59,101 nt of DNA from Akkermansia sp. (GTDB lineage Bacteria > Verrucomicrobiota > Verrucomicrobiia > Limisphaerales > SIBH01), in the NCBI GenBank assembly GCA_043757045.1, contig JAYVQC010000168.1, positions 1 through 59,101 on the forward strand. The letters are read 5' to 3'. The notes under the pieces were generated by a model that made no database searches, was not told the origin of the DNA, and was given only the letters and a program-made list of their open reading frames with translations. This document shows, piece after piece, positions 16,357 to 24,901 of the stretch (position 1 is the first letter of the stretch; every line of letters begins with the position of its first letter). Both the position numbers and the translations under genes were made by a program.

Positions 16357-17238
16357 ATGCGTTCACCCCATTTGAATCGTCGTTCGTTTGTGAAGTCCGC
16401 GGTTGTCGGTGTGGCGGCGGCCTCGGTTGTTTCATCCGCGCGCGCGGCGGAGGCGCTTTACACCGTGCAGCACGGGCGCGTGCGGCAGTCGGTGGTGCCG
16501 TGGTGCTTCAATCCCATGAAACCTGTCGAGGTCGTGGAACTGGCCGCGCGGCTCAAGCTCCCCTCGGTGGAACTCATCAGCCCGGAGCATTGGCCGCTGC
16601 TGAAACAAAAGGGGATGACGTGCGCGCTGGCCAGCAGCCACGGCTTCGCGAAAGGCTTCGCGCATGTCGAGGAACATGAGGAGTGCCTGGCCACGCTGCG
16701 CAAAAACATTGCACTCGCCGCGGACGCGGGCGTGCCGGCCATCATTACGTTCTCGGGTTTCCGTCGCGGGCTGGCCACGGCGGAAGGCACCAAGAACATG
16801 GTTGAGGGTTTGAAAAAAATCGCCGCCTTCGCCGAGGAGAAAAAAGTGACGGTGTGCCTGGAGATGCTGAACTCGCGCGTGAACGTGAGCATGAAGGGCC
16901 ACCCGGATTATTTTTGCGACGACATCGATCGGAGTGTGGACATCTGCAAGCAAGTGAGCAGCGAGCGCGTGAAAGTGTTGTTCGATATTTATCATGTGCA
17001 AATCATGCACGGCGATGTGATCACGCGGCTGAAGCAGCACGCGAAATGGATCGGGCATTACCACACGGCGGGCGTGCCCGGCCGGAACGAAATTGATGAC
17101 ACGCAGGAGATTCAGTACGCGCCGATCCTGAAAGCGATTGTCGCCACGGGCTACCAGGGATTCGTCGGGCAAGAATTTATTCCGCTGCGCGACAAAGCCG
17201 CGTCGCTCGCCGAGGCGGTGAAGATTTGCGACGTGTGA
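16357..17238 (+). CDS. Hydroxypyruvate-isomerase-like TIM-barrel protein with a twin-arginine signal
   Basis: ORF 16234..17238. ATG 16357 gives MRSPHLNRRSFVKSAVVGVAAASVVSSARA (Tat-like RRSF). Core features: RQSVVPWCF, TVCLEMLNS, FDIYHVQIMHGD, GHYHTAGVPGRNEID, GFVGQEFIP. Confidence 0.8.
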   Translation: MRSPHLNRRSFVKSAVVGVAAASVVSSARAAEALYTVQHGRVRQSVVPWCFNPMKPVEVVELAARLKLPSVELISPEHWPLLKQKGMTCALASSHGFAKGFAHVEEHEECLATLRKNIALAADAGVPAIITFSGFRRGLATAEGTKNMVEGLKKIAAFAEEKKVTVCLEMLNSRVNVSMKGHPDYFCDDIDRSVDICKQVSSERVKVLFDIYHVQIMHGDVITRLKQHAKWIGHYHTAGVPGRNEIDDTQEIQYAPILKAIVATGYQGFVGQEFIPLRDKAASLAEAVKICDV

Positions 17239-17379
17239 TCGGCGCTTGCGCCGCAGGTTAAAGTGTTCCTGAAAAAAGTTTTTCTTGTTTGACCCTTGAG
17301 CTTCGATTGAAGTACGCAACGTGACTCCGCACATCCAGTTGGCGCAACCAGGGCGCAAACTTGCGTGCGGAAGCGTGCG

Positions 17380-19176
17380 ATGCTGAATGTAAAATCATTT
17401 CTAGCCGCGGACTTTGGTGCCGCGACTTTGAAAGTGGCCGAGTTCGAACCGAACGAGGCGGGCGGACTGCGACTCAAGCAGTACGGCTTCCGCCCGCTTG
17501 GTCAGGAAGGCTTGCAGGAAAGTTCCCGCGAGGCGGCTTTGCAGAAGGCGTTGCAGGAGTTGCTCGCCACGGGCGGGTTTCAATCCAAGGCTATCAACGT
17601 CTGCGCGCCGGGGTTCCACGTTTTCTCCAAGTTCGTCAAGCTGCCGCCCGTTGATACTTCCAAGGTCACGCAGATCATCCAATACGAGGCGCAACAAAAC
17701 GTGCCGTTCCCGCTCGAAGAAGTGGTGTGGGATTATCAGATTCTCGGCGCGGCTCCCACGGGCGAATTGGAAGTGCTGCTCGTCGCCATCAAGTCGGACA
17801 TTGTCGAAGGCCTGTTCCGCACCAGCGAGAAGGCGAGCACGAAGCTGGCGCTGGTGGATGTGTCGCCGGCGGCGCTGGCGAACGCGTTCCGCTACAATTA
17901 CGGCGACCTCGAAGGCTGCTCGATGCTCCTCGATATTGGCGCGAAGACGAGCAACCTGCTGTTTTTCGACAAGGAAGCCATTTACTCGCGCGGCATTAAC
18001 ATTGGCGCGAACTCGATCACGGCGGACTTCGCCAAGGAATCCAAGCTCGGCTACGACGAGGCGGAGTCCACGAAGATCGCGCAAGGTTTCGTGAGCCTCG
18101 GCGGCGCATACGAAGAGCCGGAGGATCCGCAGCAGCAGGCCATTTCCAAGATCGCGCGGCAGGTGATGACGCGGCTGCACATCCAGGTCAACCAGACCAT
18201 CCAGTTTTATCGCGGCCAGCAGGGCGGGGCGGCGCCGGTGCGGTTGTTTCTGAGCGGCGGCGCGTCCACGATGCCGTACACGGCGCAGTTTTTTGCCGAG
18301 AAGCTGAACATGCCGGTGGATTACTTCAATCCGCTGCGCAACGTGCAGATTGATCCCGGGGTCAACATCGAGGAACTCGCGAAGATCGGCCATCAGATGG
18401 GCGAACTCGTGGGGCTTGGCCTGCGGAATCTCGCGCATTGCCCCATTGAGTTGAACCTGATGCCCAAGAGCGCGCTCAAGGGTCAGGAGTTCGGCGCGAA
18501 GAAACCTTATCTCATCGCCACGATGGCGAGTCTGGTCGCGATTTTGTTCGCGTTCGGGTTCTTCAATGACCGCATTGCGGAGAGCAAGCGTGGGTCATTG
18601 CTCGGGAGGCCGGAAGAGAATAGAGAGGGTCTTCAACAGCAATTACAAAAGTTGCAGTCGCTGGACAACCAAATCGAGGCCGAGGAGCGCAAACTGCGCG
18701 TCGCGCGCCTCGAGTCCGAGCAACTCGCGGGCTGGTTGGAGCATCGTCCGTATTGGGGGAATCTATTCATGGAACTGCGCCAGGTGATGCTGAAGACCGA
18801 GCGCGAGGGGAAGGCGAAATTCAACACCGAGACCGGCATCTGGATTGAGCGGCTGTTCGTGGACTGCCCGGCCCCGGGTTCCGCCCCAGCGGAAGGAATC
18901 ACCAACGCGCCCACTCTTCGCCGTCGTCGTGGAGGAGCCGCCTCCGACGCTGCGCGTGGAGATTGCAATACCATTGCCCTTGTCTGCCGTGCGGCCGACC
19001 TTTCGCACATCGCGCCGGACGCGAACGACAAATTTGCCTACGCCTTGAGTGATCAGTTGAAGGCCAGTTCGTTGCTTTCCACCAATTCCGGCGTGGTCGG
19101 GAGCATTTCTCCGCCGGAGCGGGACACCGTGACCTTGCCGGCGGTGATTTTCCCCAAGCAACCGCTTAAGCTCTGA
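17380..19176 (+). CDS. pilM: PilM-like actin-fold ATPase fused to a PilN-like membrane segment (type IV pilus/T2SS alignment complex)
   Basis: ORF 17365 (GTG)..19176, with ATG at 17380. N-terminal FLAADFGAATLKVAEFE and ~340 aa of PilM/FtsA-like sequence. Then ELNLMPKSAL + TM helix YLIATMASLVAILFAFGFF + coiled coil, typical of PilN (INLLP motif). Confidence 0.75.
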   Translation: MLNVKSFLAADFGAATLKVAEFEPNEAGGLRLKQYGFRPLGQEGLQESSREAALQKALQELLATGGFQSKAINVCAPGFHVFSKFVKLPPVDTSKVTQIIQYEAQQNVPFPLEEVVWDYQILGAAPTGELEVLLVAIKSDIVEGLFRTSEKASTKLALVDVSPAALANAFRYNYGDLEGCSMLLDIGAKTSNLLFFDKEAIYSRGINIGANSITADFAKESKLGYDEAESTKIAQGFVSLGGAYEEPEDPQQQAISKIARQVMTRLHIQVNQTIQFYRGQQGGAAPVRLFLSGGASTMPYTAQFFAEKLNMPVDYFNPLRNVQIDPGVNIEELAKIGHQMGELVGLGLRNLAHCPIELNLMPKSALKGQEFGAKKPYLIATMASLVAILFAFGFFNDRIAESKRGSLLGRPEENREGLQQQLQKLQSLDNQIEAEERKLRVARLESEQLAGWLEHRPYWGNLFMELRQVMLKTEREGKAKFNTETGIWIERLFVDCPAPGSAPAEGITNAPTLRRRRGGAASDAARGDCNTIALVCRAADLSHIAPDANDKFAYALSDQLKASSLLSTNSGVVGSISPPERDTVTLPAVIFPKQPLKL

Positions 19177-19177
19177 T

Positions 19178-20242
19178 ATGGCCTGGATCAAACGCAATCT
19201 CATCCTGGTCGTCAGCGGCGTAATGACGCTCCTGCTCCTTGGTCTGGGCGGCTATTACCTCTGGTCGGCCATCCAGAAGAACGCGCAAATTGACAACGAC
19301 ATCAACACCACCAAGGAGGAGATCAAGCGCATCCTCGAAAAGCCCGTCACGCCCACGGCGGAAAATCTCAAGCTGGCCAAGGCCGAGGGATTGAAGCTGA
19401 ACTCGTTTGTCGCGGACGCGAAAAAGCTGTTCCCAGGCACGCCGCCGCCGACCGAGGCGCTTAATTCGCCCAGCTTCAAATCGCTGCTGGCCAACACCAT
19501 TACCGAGTTGCACCGGCAGGCGTCGCTCGTCCCCACGCGGCTCGATTCGAACGGGCCGTTGTTCTATTACTTCACCTTCGAGGCGCAGCGGCTGGCGTTG
19601 AATCTGCCGCCGGAAAGTTTGCGCCCGCTCTACGAGCGGCTGAACGAGGTGCAGTTCATCTCCGAAGTGTTGTTCAAGTCGCGCATCAACCGGCTCGTGG
19701 GCCTGCGGCGCGCGGCGGTGCTGGGCGAGCGTCCGGTCGGCGGCGCGCAGGCACCCGGCGGTGGCAATGACTACCTTCCCGCTTCCATGCGTATTGATCA
19801 GGAGACGGGCATGGCGCTGTGGCCGTATGAAATTTCCTTCGACTGCTTCACGACGGAACTCGCGGCGGCGCTCGAAGGTTTGCAGAGCGGAAAATACGGC
19901 GTGCTGATCAAATCCGTGGCGGTGAATCCTGCGGATGAAACGCCGAACGCGCCCGGCGTGCGCCAGCCCTTTCAGCCGGCGGCTCCCGGCCAGCCGCCGC
20001 GCCGCCTGCCGCCGGGACGTAATCCCGCCAATGCTCCGGCGGCTGCCGCCCCTGCTGGCGCTCCCACCGCACCGATGATCACCATCATTAACGAGCGTTT
20101 GATCCGCGTGACTTTGCAGCTCGAAATCATCAAGCCCGACACCTCCGGCGGCGGTGGTCCCGGCGGTCCCGGTGGGCCGCGTCGTGGTCCGGGCGGTAAT
20201 CGTCCGCCGGGCGGTCCCGGTGGTCCTGGAGGTCCGCAATGA
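19178..20242 (+). CDS. Amuc_1100-like (PilO-position) membrane-anchored protein with Pro/Ala-rich linker and Gly/Pro tail
   Basis: 354 aa, starting 1 nt after the upstream stop. N-terminal TM helix LILVVSGVMTLLLLGLGGYYLW, coiled coil (TKEEIKRILEKPVTPTAENL), core WPYEISFDCFTTELAAALEGLQ...LIKSVAV, PA-rich linker, LIRVTLQLEIIKPD, then GGGGPGGPGGPRRGPGG. This layout parallels what I remember of Akkermansia Amuc_1100. Confidence 0.6.
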   Translation: MAWIKRNLILVVSGVMTLLLLGLGGYYLWSAIQKNAQIDNDINTTKEEIKRILEKPVTPTAENLKLAKAEGLKLNSFVADAKKLFPGTPPPTEALNSPSFKSLLANTITELHRQASLVPTRLDSNGPLFYYFTFEAQRLALNLPPESLRPLYERLNEVQFISEVLFKSRINRLVGLRRAAVLGERPVGGAQAPGGGNDYLPASMRIDQETGMALWPYEISFDCFTTELAAALEGLQSGKYGVLIKSVAVNPADETPNAPGVRQPFQPAAPGQPPRRLPPGRNPANAPAAAAPAGAPTAPMITIINERLIRVTLQLEIIKPDTSGGGGPGGPGGPRRGPGGNRPPGGPGGPGGPQ

Positions 20243-21063
20243 AAGGTTTGGGCAACATCGTCGGCCTCGTGAAACGGCATTGGGAAAAAGCGCTGCTCGC
20301 GCTTGCGCTCGTCGGTCTCATCGGCGCGGTCATTTATCTCAACGAGATGAAGTCCGAGGAGAACGCCAAGATTGACGAGTACGAAAAGGGCGTGCTGCGC
20401 CCGAAGGTGAAGCCTTATCCGACGCTCGACGTGAACATGCTGACCAGCGCGATGCGTCAGGCCACGAATCACGCCAGCCTTCAGTTCTCGCCGCCGCATA
20501 ATTTGTTCAACCCCGTGAAGTGGCAGAAGCGCACCGCGACCGGCGAGCGCATCAAAGCCGAGACGGGCCGTGAGTTGGGCATCAACGCCGTGCAGATCGC
20601 GAAGACCACGCCGCTCGCCACCACCATCACGCTCGATGCTCCGAGTGGTTCTGGCGCCAACATGAGCGTGACGATGGAAGGAAATTCCACGAACTATTAC
20701 CGCCAGCGTTTGCGCGCGTTTGTTTCCACGAACACCACGGACCGCGTGCATCGCACCTCGCGTCTGTTCTCGCTCCGCGATTTCCGCACCACCGCTGATG
20801 GCAATGCCGAGGCCGACATTGAACTGACCGACGGCACGCGTGCGACCGTCACCGCCGCGAAGCCTTTCAATCGCGTCGAGGCTTACAAGGCCGATTTGTT
20901 TTATCCCCCTGAGAATCTGTCGTTCAAGGATCGCCGCGCGGGCGACACGCTCACCGTGGCCGGTGAGGACTACATAATCGTTGCCATCAGCGCGAACGAA
21001 GTTGTAGTGTCCGCGCGCTCAAACGACAGACGAACAACGATTCGGAACAATACTGGTCAGTAG
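20239..21063 (+). CDS. Membrane-anchored hypothetical protein of the pilus-like cluster (Amuc_1099 position)
   Basis: 274 aa. ATGA start/stop overlap with the upstream gene. N-terminal TM helix ALLALALVGLIGAVIYL. No other motif recognised. Confidence 0.55.
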   Translation: MKGLGNIVGLVKRHWEKALLALALVGLIGAVIYLNEMKSEENAKIDEYEKGVLRPKVKPYPTLDVNMLTSAMRQATNHASLQFSPPHNLFNPVKWQKRTATGERIKAETGRELGINAVQIAKTTPLATTITLDAPSGSGANMSVTMEGNSTNYYRQRLRAFVSTNTTDRVHRTSRLFSLRDFRTTADGNAEADIELTDGTRATVTAAKPFNRVEAYKADLFYPPENLSFKDRRAGDTLTVAGEDYIIVAISANEVVVSARSNDRRTTIRNNTGQ

Positions 21064-21083
21064 CGTTTTGAAATAGCTTGAAA

Positions 21084-23843
21084 ATGACGACTCACGCCGC
21101 CCTCTCGTCTCTATGCCTGTCGGCCCTGCTGACGATTTCCCTTGTTCCCGCCCGTGCTCAGGACGCGCCCGCCGTGGCCGCTGATGTCGCCGTGCGGATG
21201 CAGGAGAAAGTGATCCAGGCCCGCAACCGTCTCGCCGAGGCCAAGCTCTATGAGACGCGCAAGGAAACGCTCGCCGCCTCGCAGCAATACAACAAGGCCC
21301 TTGAACTCGTGCAGGGCATCGGCACCAGCGCCGACGCCGAGCGCAACGAGGCGATCGCCGGACTTTCCCGCACCACCCTTCAACTTGCCGACCAGTCCAT
21401 GAAGCGCGGCGAGTTCGATCAGGCGAAACTACAGATTGACCGCGTGCTCAAAGTGGACCCGGGCAACAAGCTCGCCCGCGACATGCGGGCCGAGAATGAA
21501 AGGCTCACCCTCGAAAATCGCGGTCTTGTTCCGCACAAGGAGGCGCTCGACACCATTGCCACCACTGAGACCAACCGCATCGAAGCCGCCAAGCTCGTGC
21601 AGGACGGAAAACTGTATTACGAGACGGGCCGCATGAAGGAAGCCGACGAAGCTTTGCGCCGCGCGCTGCGCATCCAGCCGGACAACCAGGGTGCTCACTA
21701 CTATCTCGATCTCGTCAATGCCCGCACCTTCGCCACCGAGGCCCGCCTCCGTGAAATCAACAGCAAGAAACTGCTCATGGAAGTCGAGCAGGCCTGGTCT
21801 GACCCGGTGAAGCGCGCCTCGCTCGACAGTCCCAATGGTTACGCCCGCACCAACTTTGTCCACACCAGCGACAAGCGGCAGGCCATCTACCAGAAGCTCC
21901 GCACCATCCGCCTCGCGGAATGGGGGCCGATTGATAATCTTCCGCTCAGCGAAGTCATCCGTGCAGTCAGTGATGAGACGCGCCGTCGCGACATCGCCAC
22001 GCCGGGCCGCACCCCGGGCATCAATTTCATCGTCAGTGGCAACGCGGACGCGGCCGCGGCCGCGGCGGGCGGCGTGGATCCGAACGGTCTGCCCATCGCG
22101 CCCGACCCCGCAGGTTCTGATTTGAACGCCGTTCCGTTGCGCCTCGGCACCAAGCTCGCCGACCTCACGCTGGAAGAAGTGCTGAACATCATGGAGAAAG
22201 TTGCGGAGCGTCGCATCAAGTACTCCGTGGAAGACTGGGGCATTTTGATTTCTCCGAAAGCGCCAGAGCCGACGCCCTTGCACACCCGTTTTTTCCATGT
22301 TGACCCGAACACCTTCCAGCAAGGTCTCGCGAATGTGACCGCGTTCTCGTTCGGCGAAAGTCAGAACAGCAGCGGCGGTGGCGGTGGCGGTGGCGGTGGT
22401 GGTCGTGGCGGTGGTGGTGGCGGTCGCGGCGGTGGTGGCGGTGGCGGTAATCGCGGCGGTGGCGGTGGCAACCAGGGCGGCAACAACCAGGGCGGCCAGG
22501 GCGGCTCGGGTGGCGGCGCGACTTATGCCAGCGTTTCCATTGCGCCCGGCGGCGCGCAGGGTGGCAATCGTCAGGGCGGTGCGGCGGGCGGTGCCGGCGG
22601 TGCGGCCGGAGCGGCGCAGGGCGCGGGCGGCATTCAGTTTCTCACCGAAGTGACGCCCTCGTCGGTGGTCACTCCGGTGGTCCAGAATTTCTTCCTCACA
22701 GCGGGTGTGACGCTGAATGAGCCGGGCAAAGCGGTTTTCTACAATGACAAGCTCGGCATGTTGATGGTGCGCGCCACGCTCAACGACCTCGACATGATCG
22801 AGAAGGCGATGCAAATCCTGAACATGACTCCTCCGCAGCTCACCATCCGCGCCAAGTTCATGGAAGTGAACCAGGACGACAACCGCGCGCTGGGCTTCGA
22901 CTGGCATCTTGGCAACATCTCGATGGGCGGCGGCAGGATCGGCGCGCAAGGCGGCACGGCTCCCACGTTGTCGGGCAATGGTGTCCCCGGCACTCGGGGT
23001 GGTCCGTTCCCGAATGCGGCGGTGCCGACTCTTCCCGCAGCCACGGATCAGCTCGTGACCGGCGGACTGCGCAACTCCGCCCCGGCGCTTGGTACTCTGA
23101 CCGGCATTCTGACGGATCCGCAGTTCCGCGTGGTCGTGCGGGCGCTGGAACAGCGCGGCGCTTCCGACCTCTTGAGCGCGCCGGAAATCACCACCCTGAG
23201 CGGACGTCAGGCGCAGATCAAAGTGGTTGACATCCAATACATCGTCACGGAACTCGATCAAAGTCAGACGGCGGCGGGTGGTGGCGGCAATAACAACAAC
23301 AACAACGCGACCGGCGGGGGCATTGGTTCGAGCGTCCTGCCCATTGCCGAACCGTTTGAACTCGGGCCGGTGCTGGATGTGGTTCCATACGTCAACGCGG
23401 ACGGCTACACGATCACCATGACCATCTTGCCGACTTTGAAAGAATTTCTCGGCTACGATGATCCCGGGCTTTTCGTGGCGCAAATTCAGGGTGCTGCGGC
23501 CGGAGGAAACAGTCCCAATCCAATCCTGACCCCGACCCCGCTGCCCAAGTTCCGCCTCCGCCAGGTCGCCACGACCGCGATGGTCTGGGACGGCCAGACC
23601 GTGGTGCTCGGCGGATTGATTTCGGAGAAGGTTCAGAAGCAGAAGGACAAAGTGCCGATCCTGGGTGATCTCCCCTTGCTCGGCCGTTTCTTCCGCAGCG
23701 AATCAAGCTCTTCGAGCAAGAAGAACCTCGTCATATTTGTCACCCCCAGGCTGATTGACCCGGCAGGCAACCCGCTGCACTCGGAGGAGGAGATGCCGTT
23801 CGCGCAGCACTCCGTTCCGTCGCAGCGTGTGGTCAGCCAGTAA
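21084..23843 (+). CDS. Secretin (GspD/PilQ family) with N-terminal TPR region and internal Gly-rich low-complexity inserts
   Basis: ORF 21078 (TTG)..23843, with ATG at 21084. Signal peptide MTTHAALSSLCLSALLTISLVPARA and TPR-like helices. Secretin core: ITTLSGRQAQIKVVD, VVLGGLISEK, VPILGDLPLLGRFFR, NLVIFVTPRLIDP. Confidence 0.9.
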   Translation: MTTHAALSSLCLSALLTISLVPARAQDAPAVAADVAVRMQEKVIQARNRLAEAKLYETRKETLAASQQYNKALELVQGIGTSADAERNEAIAGLSRTTLQLADQSMKRGEFDQAKLQIDRVLKVDPGNKLARDMRAENERLTLENRGLVPHKEALDTIATTETNRIEAAKLVQDGKLYYETGRMKEADEALRRALRIQPDNQGAHYYLDLVNARTFATEARLREINSKKLLMEVEQAWSDPVKRASLDSPNGYARTNFVHTSDKRQAIYQKLRTIRLAEWGPIDNLPLSEVIRAVSDETRRRDIATPGRTPGINFIVSGNADAAAAAAGGVDPNGLPIAPDPAGSDLNAVPLRLGTKLADLTLEEVLNIMEKVAERRIKYSVEDWGILISPKAPEPTPLHTRFFHVDPNTFQQGLANVTAFSFGESQNSSGGGGGGGGGGRGGGGGGRGGGGGGGNRGGGGGNQGGNNQGGQGGSGGGATYASVSIAPGGAQGGNRQGGAAGGAGGAAGAAQGAGGIQFLTEVTPSSVVTPVVQNFFLTAGVTLNEPGKAVFYNDKLGMLMVRATLNDLDMIEKAMQILNMTPPQLTIRAKFMEVNQDDNRALGFDWHLGNISMGGGRIGAQGGTAPTLSGNGVPGTRGGPFPNAAVPTLPAATDQLVTGGLRNSAPALGTLTGILTDPQFRVVVRALEQRGASDLLSAPEITTLSGRQAQIKVVDIQYIVTELDQSQTAAGGGGNNNNNNATGGGIGSSVLPIAEPFELGPVLDVVPYVNADGYTITMTILPTLKEFLGYDDPGLFVAQIQGAAAGGNSPNPILTPTPLPKFRLRQVATTAMVWDGQTVVLGGLISEKVQKQKDKVPILGDLPLLGRFFRSESSSSSKKNLVIFVTPRLIDPAGNPLHSEEEMPFAQHSVPSQRVVSQ
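22368..22630 (+). repeat. (GGC/GGT)n-rich microsatellite-like tract encoding a poly-Gly/RGG/NQG low-complexity segment inside the secretin
   Basis: Encodes SSGGGGGGGGGRGGGGGGRGGGGGGNRGGGGGNQGGNNQGGQGGSGGG, then GGAQGGNRQGGAAGGAGGAAGAAQGAGG. A second short tract, GGGNNNNNATGGG, lies near 23275-23315. Confidence 0.9.
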
Positions 23844-23879
23844 GCGGCCCACTCGTTTTTCGAGCGAGCCGCGTTTGCC

Positions 23880-24785
23880 ATGCAAACCACGCCACAGCCC
23901 AAATCGGCCCGGCTGCTGATTGTTGATGGACACGCCTACGCCTACCGCGCGTTCCACGCCATCCGCGCGCTGAACGCGCCCGACGGCTCACCCACCAACG
24001 CCATCTACGGCTTCATCAAGATGCTCGCCAAGATGCACCCGGCCGTCCACCCCACTCACCAGTGCGTGGTCTGGGACGGCGGGCTGAGCGCCGAGCGCAT
24101 GACCGCGCTGCCCGAATACAAAAGCCAGCGCCCGCCGATGCCGGATGATTTGTCGAAACAACTCTCCGAGATCGAAACGTATCTGGAGGCCGCGCAGATT
24201 CCCTCCTTCGTGAACGACGGCGTGGAGGCCGACGACTGGATCGCCAGCCAGGCCGCGTGCGCTGCGTCGTATGGCGTCGAAGTGGTGATTGCCAGTGCGG
24301 ACAAGGATTTCCTCCAACTCATCTCGCCGCGCATCGGCATGTTGAATCCGAACGACAAGACGGAAACCATCTGGGGTGCGGAACAGGTGCGGACGAAAAC
24401 CGGCGTCGAACCGGAGCAGGTCGTGGACTGGCTGAGTTTGATCGGCGACGCGGTGGACAACATCGCGGGCGTCCCCGGCGTGGGTTCGAAGACCGCGACG
24501 GATTTGCTGAAACAGTTCGGCGACATAGACCAGCTTTACGCGCGTCTCGGCGAAGTAAAGTCCGAGCGCATCCGCGCCAGCCTGCTCGCGGCGGCGGCGG
24601 ACGTGCGGCGGAACCAGCAGCTCATCCGCCTCCCGACCGATCTGCCGTGCGCTTTTGATTTGGACAGGCTGGCGGTGCGCCCCGGCGACCCGCAGAAGCT
24701 CGCGCCGCTCTTCGAGCGGTGGGGTTTCAAAACCATGCTGGCGCAACTGGAGTCCGCGCACGCTTTGCAAAAGGAATTGCTGTGA
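23880..24785 (+). CDS. Stand-alone 5'-3' exonuclease (Pol I N-terminal / FEN-like domain)
   Basis: 301 aa. LLIVDGHAYAYRAFHAI, PTNAIYGFIKML, ASADKDFLQL, and the H3TH motif DNIAGVPGVGSKTATDLLKQFG. Confidence 0.88.
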   Translation: MQTTPQPKSARLLIVDGHAYAYRAFHAIRALNAPDGSPTNAIYGFIKMLAKMHPAVHPTHQCVVWDGGLSAERMTALPEYKSQRPPMPDDLSKQLSEIETYLEAAQIPSFVNDGVEADDWIASQAACAASYGVEVVIASADKDFLQLISPRIGMLNPNDKTETIWGAEQVRTKTGVEPEQVVDWLSLIGDAVDNIAGVPGVGSKTATDLLKQFGDIDQLYARLGEVKSERIRASLLAAAADVRRNQQLIRLPTDLPCAFDLDRLAVRPGDPQKLAPLFERWGFKTMLAQLESAHALQKELL

Positions 24786-24901
24786 ACAAGTTCGGCCCAA
24801 CACTCAGCGCGGCGTGGACCGCGATTTTCCACCGCGCCAGCGGCCCGGAAACGAACAATTCGTGGACAAAGAAACCTCGCGTGGTAAAAAGTCCGCCACC
24901 T

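Noticed and set aside
22368-22520. GGC/GGT-rich repetitive DNA considered as a CRISPR or other non-coding repeat array.
   Set aside because: It has no repeat-spacer periodicity. It lies in frame inside the secretin ORF and simply encodes poly-Gly/RGG.
21429-23483. 684-aa minus-strand ORF opposite the secretin gene. Similar antisense ORFs: 14354..15535, 17401..18438, 19166..20239, 19972..20751, 12166..12903, 16432..17358, 23988..24803.
   Set aside because: Each lies opposite a gene with strong family motifs (secretin, GspE, PilM, UvrD, TIM barrel, exonuclease). All have an Arg/His/Ala-rich low-complexity composition.
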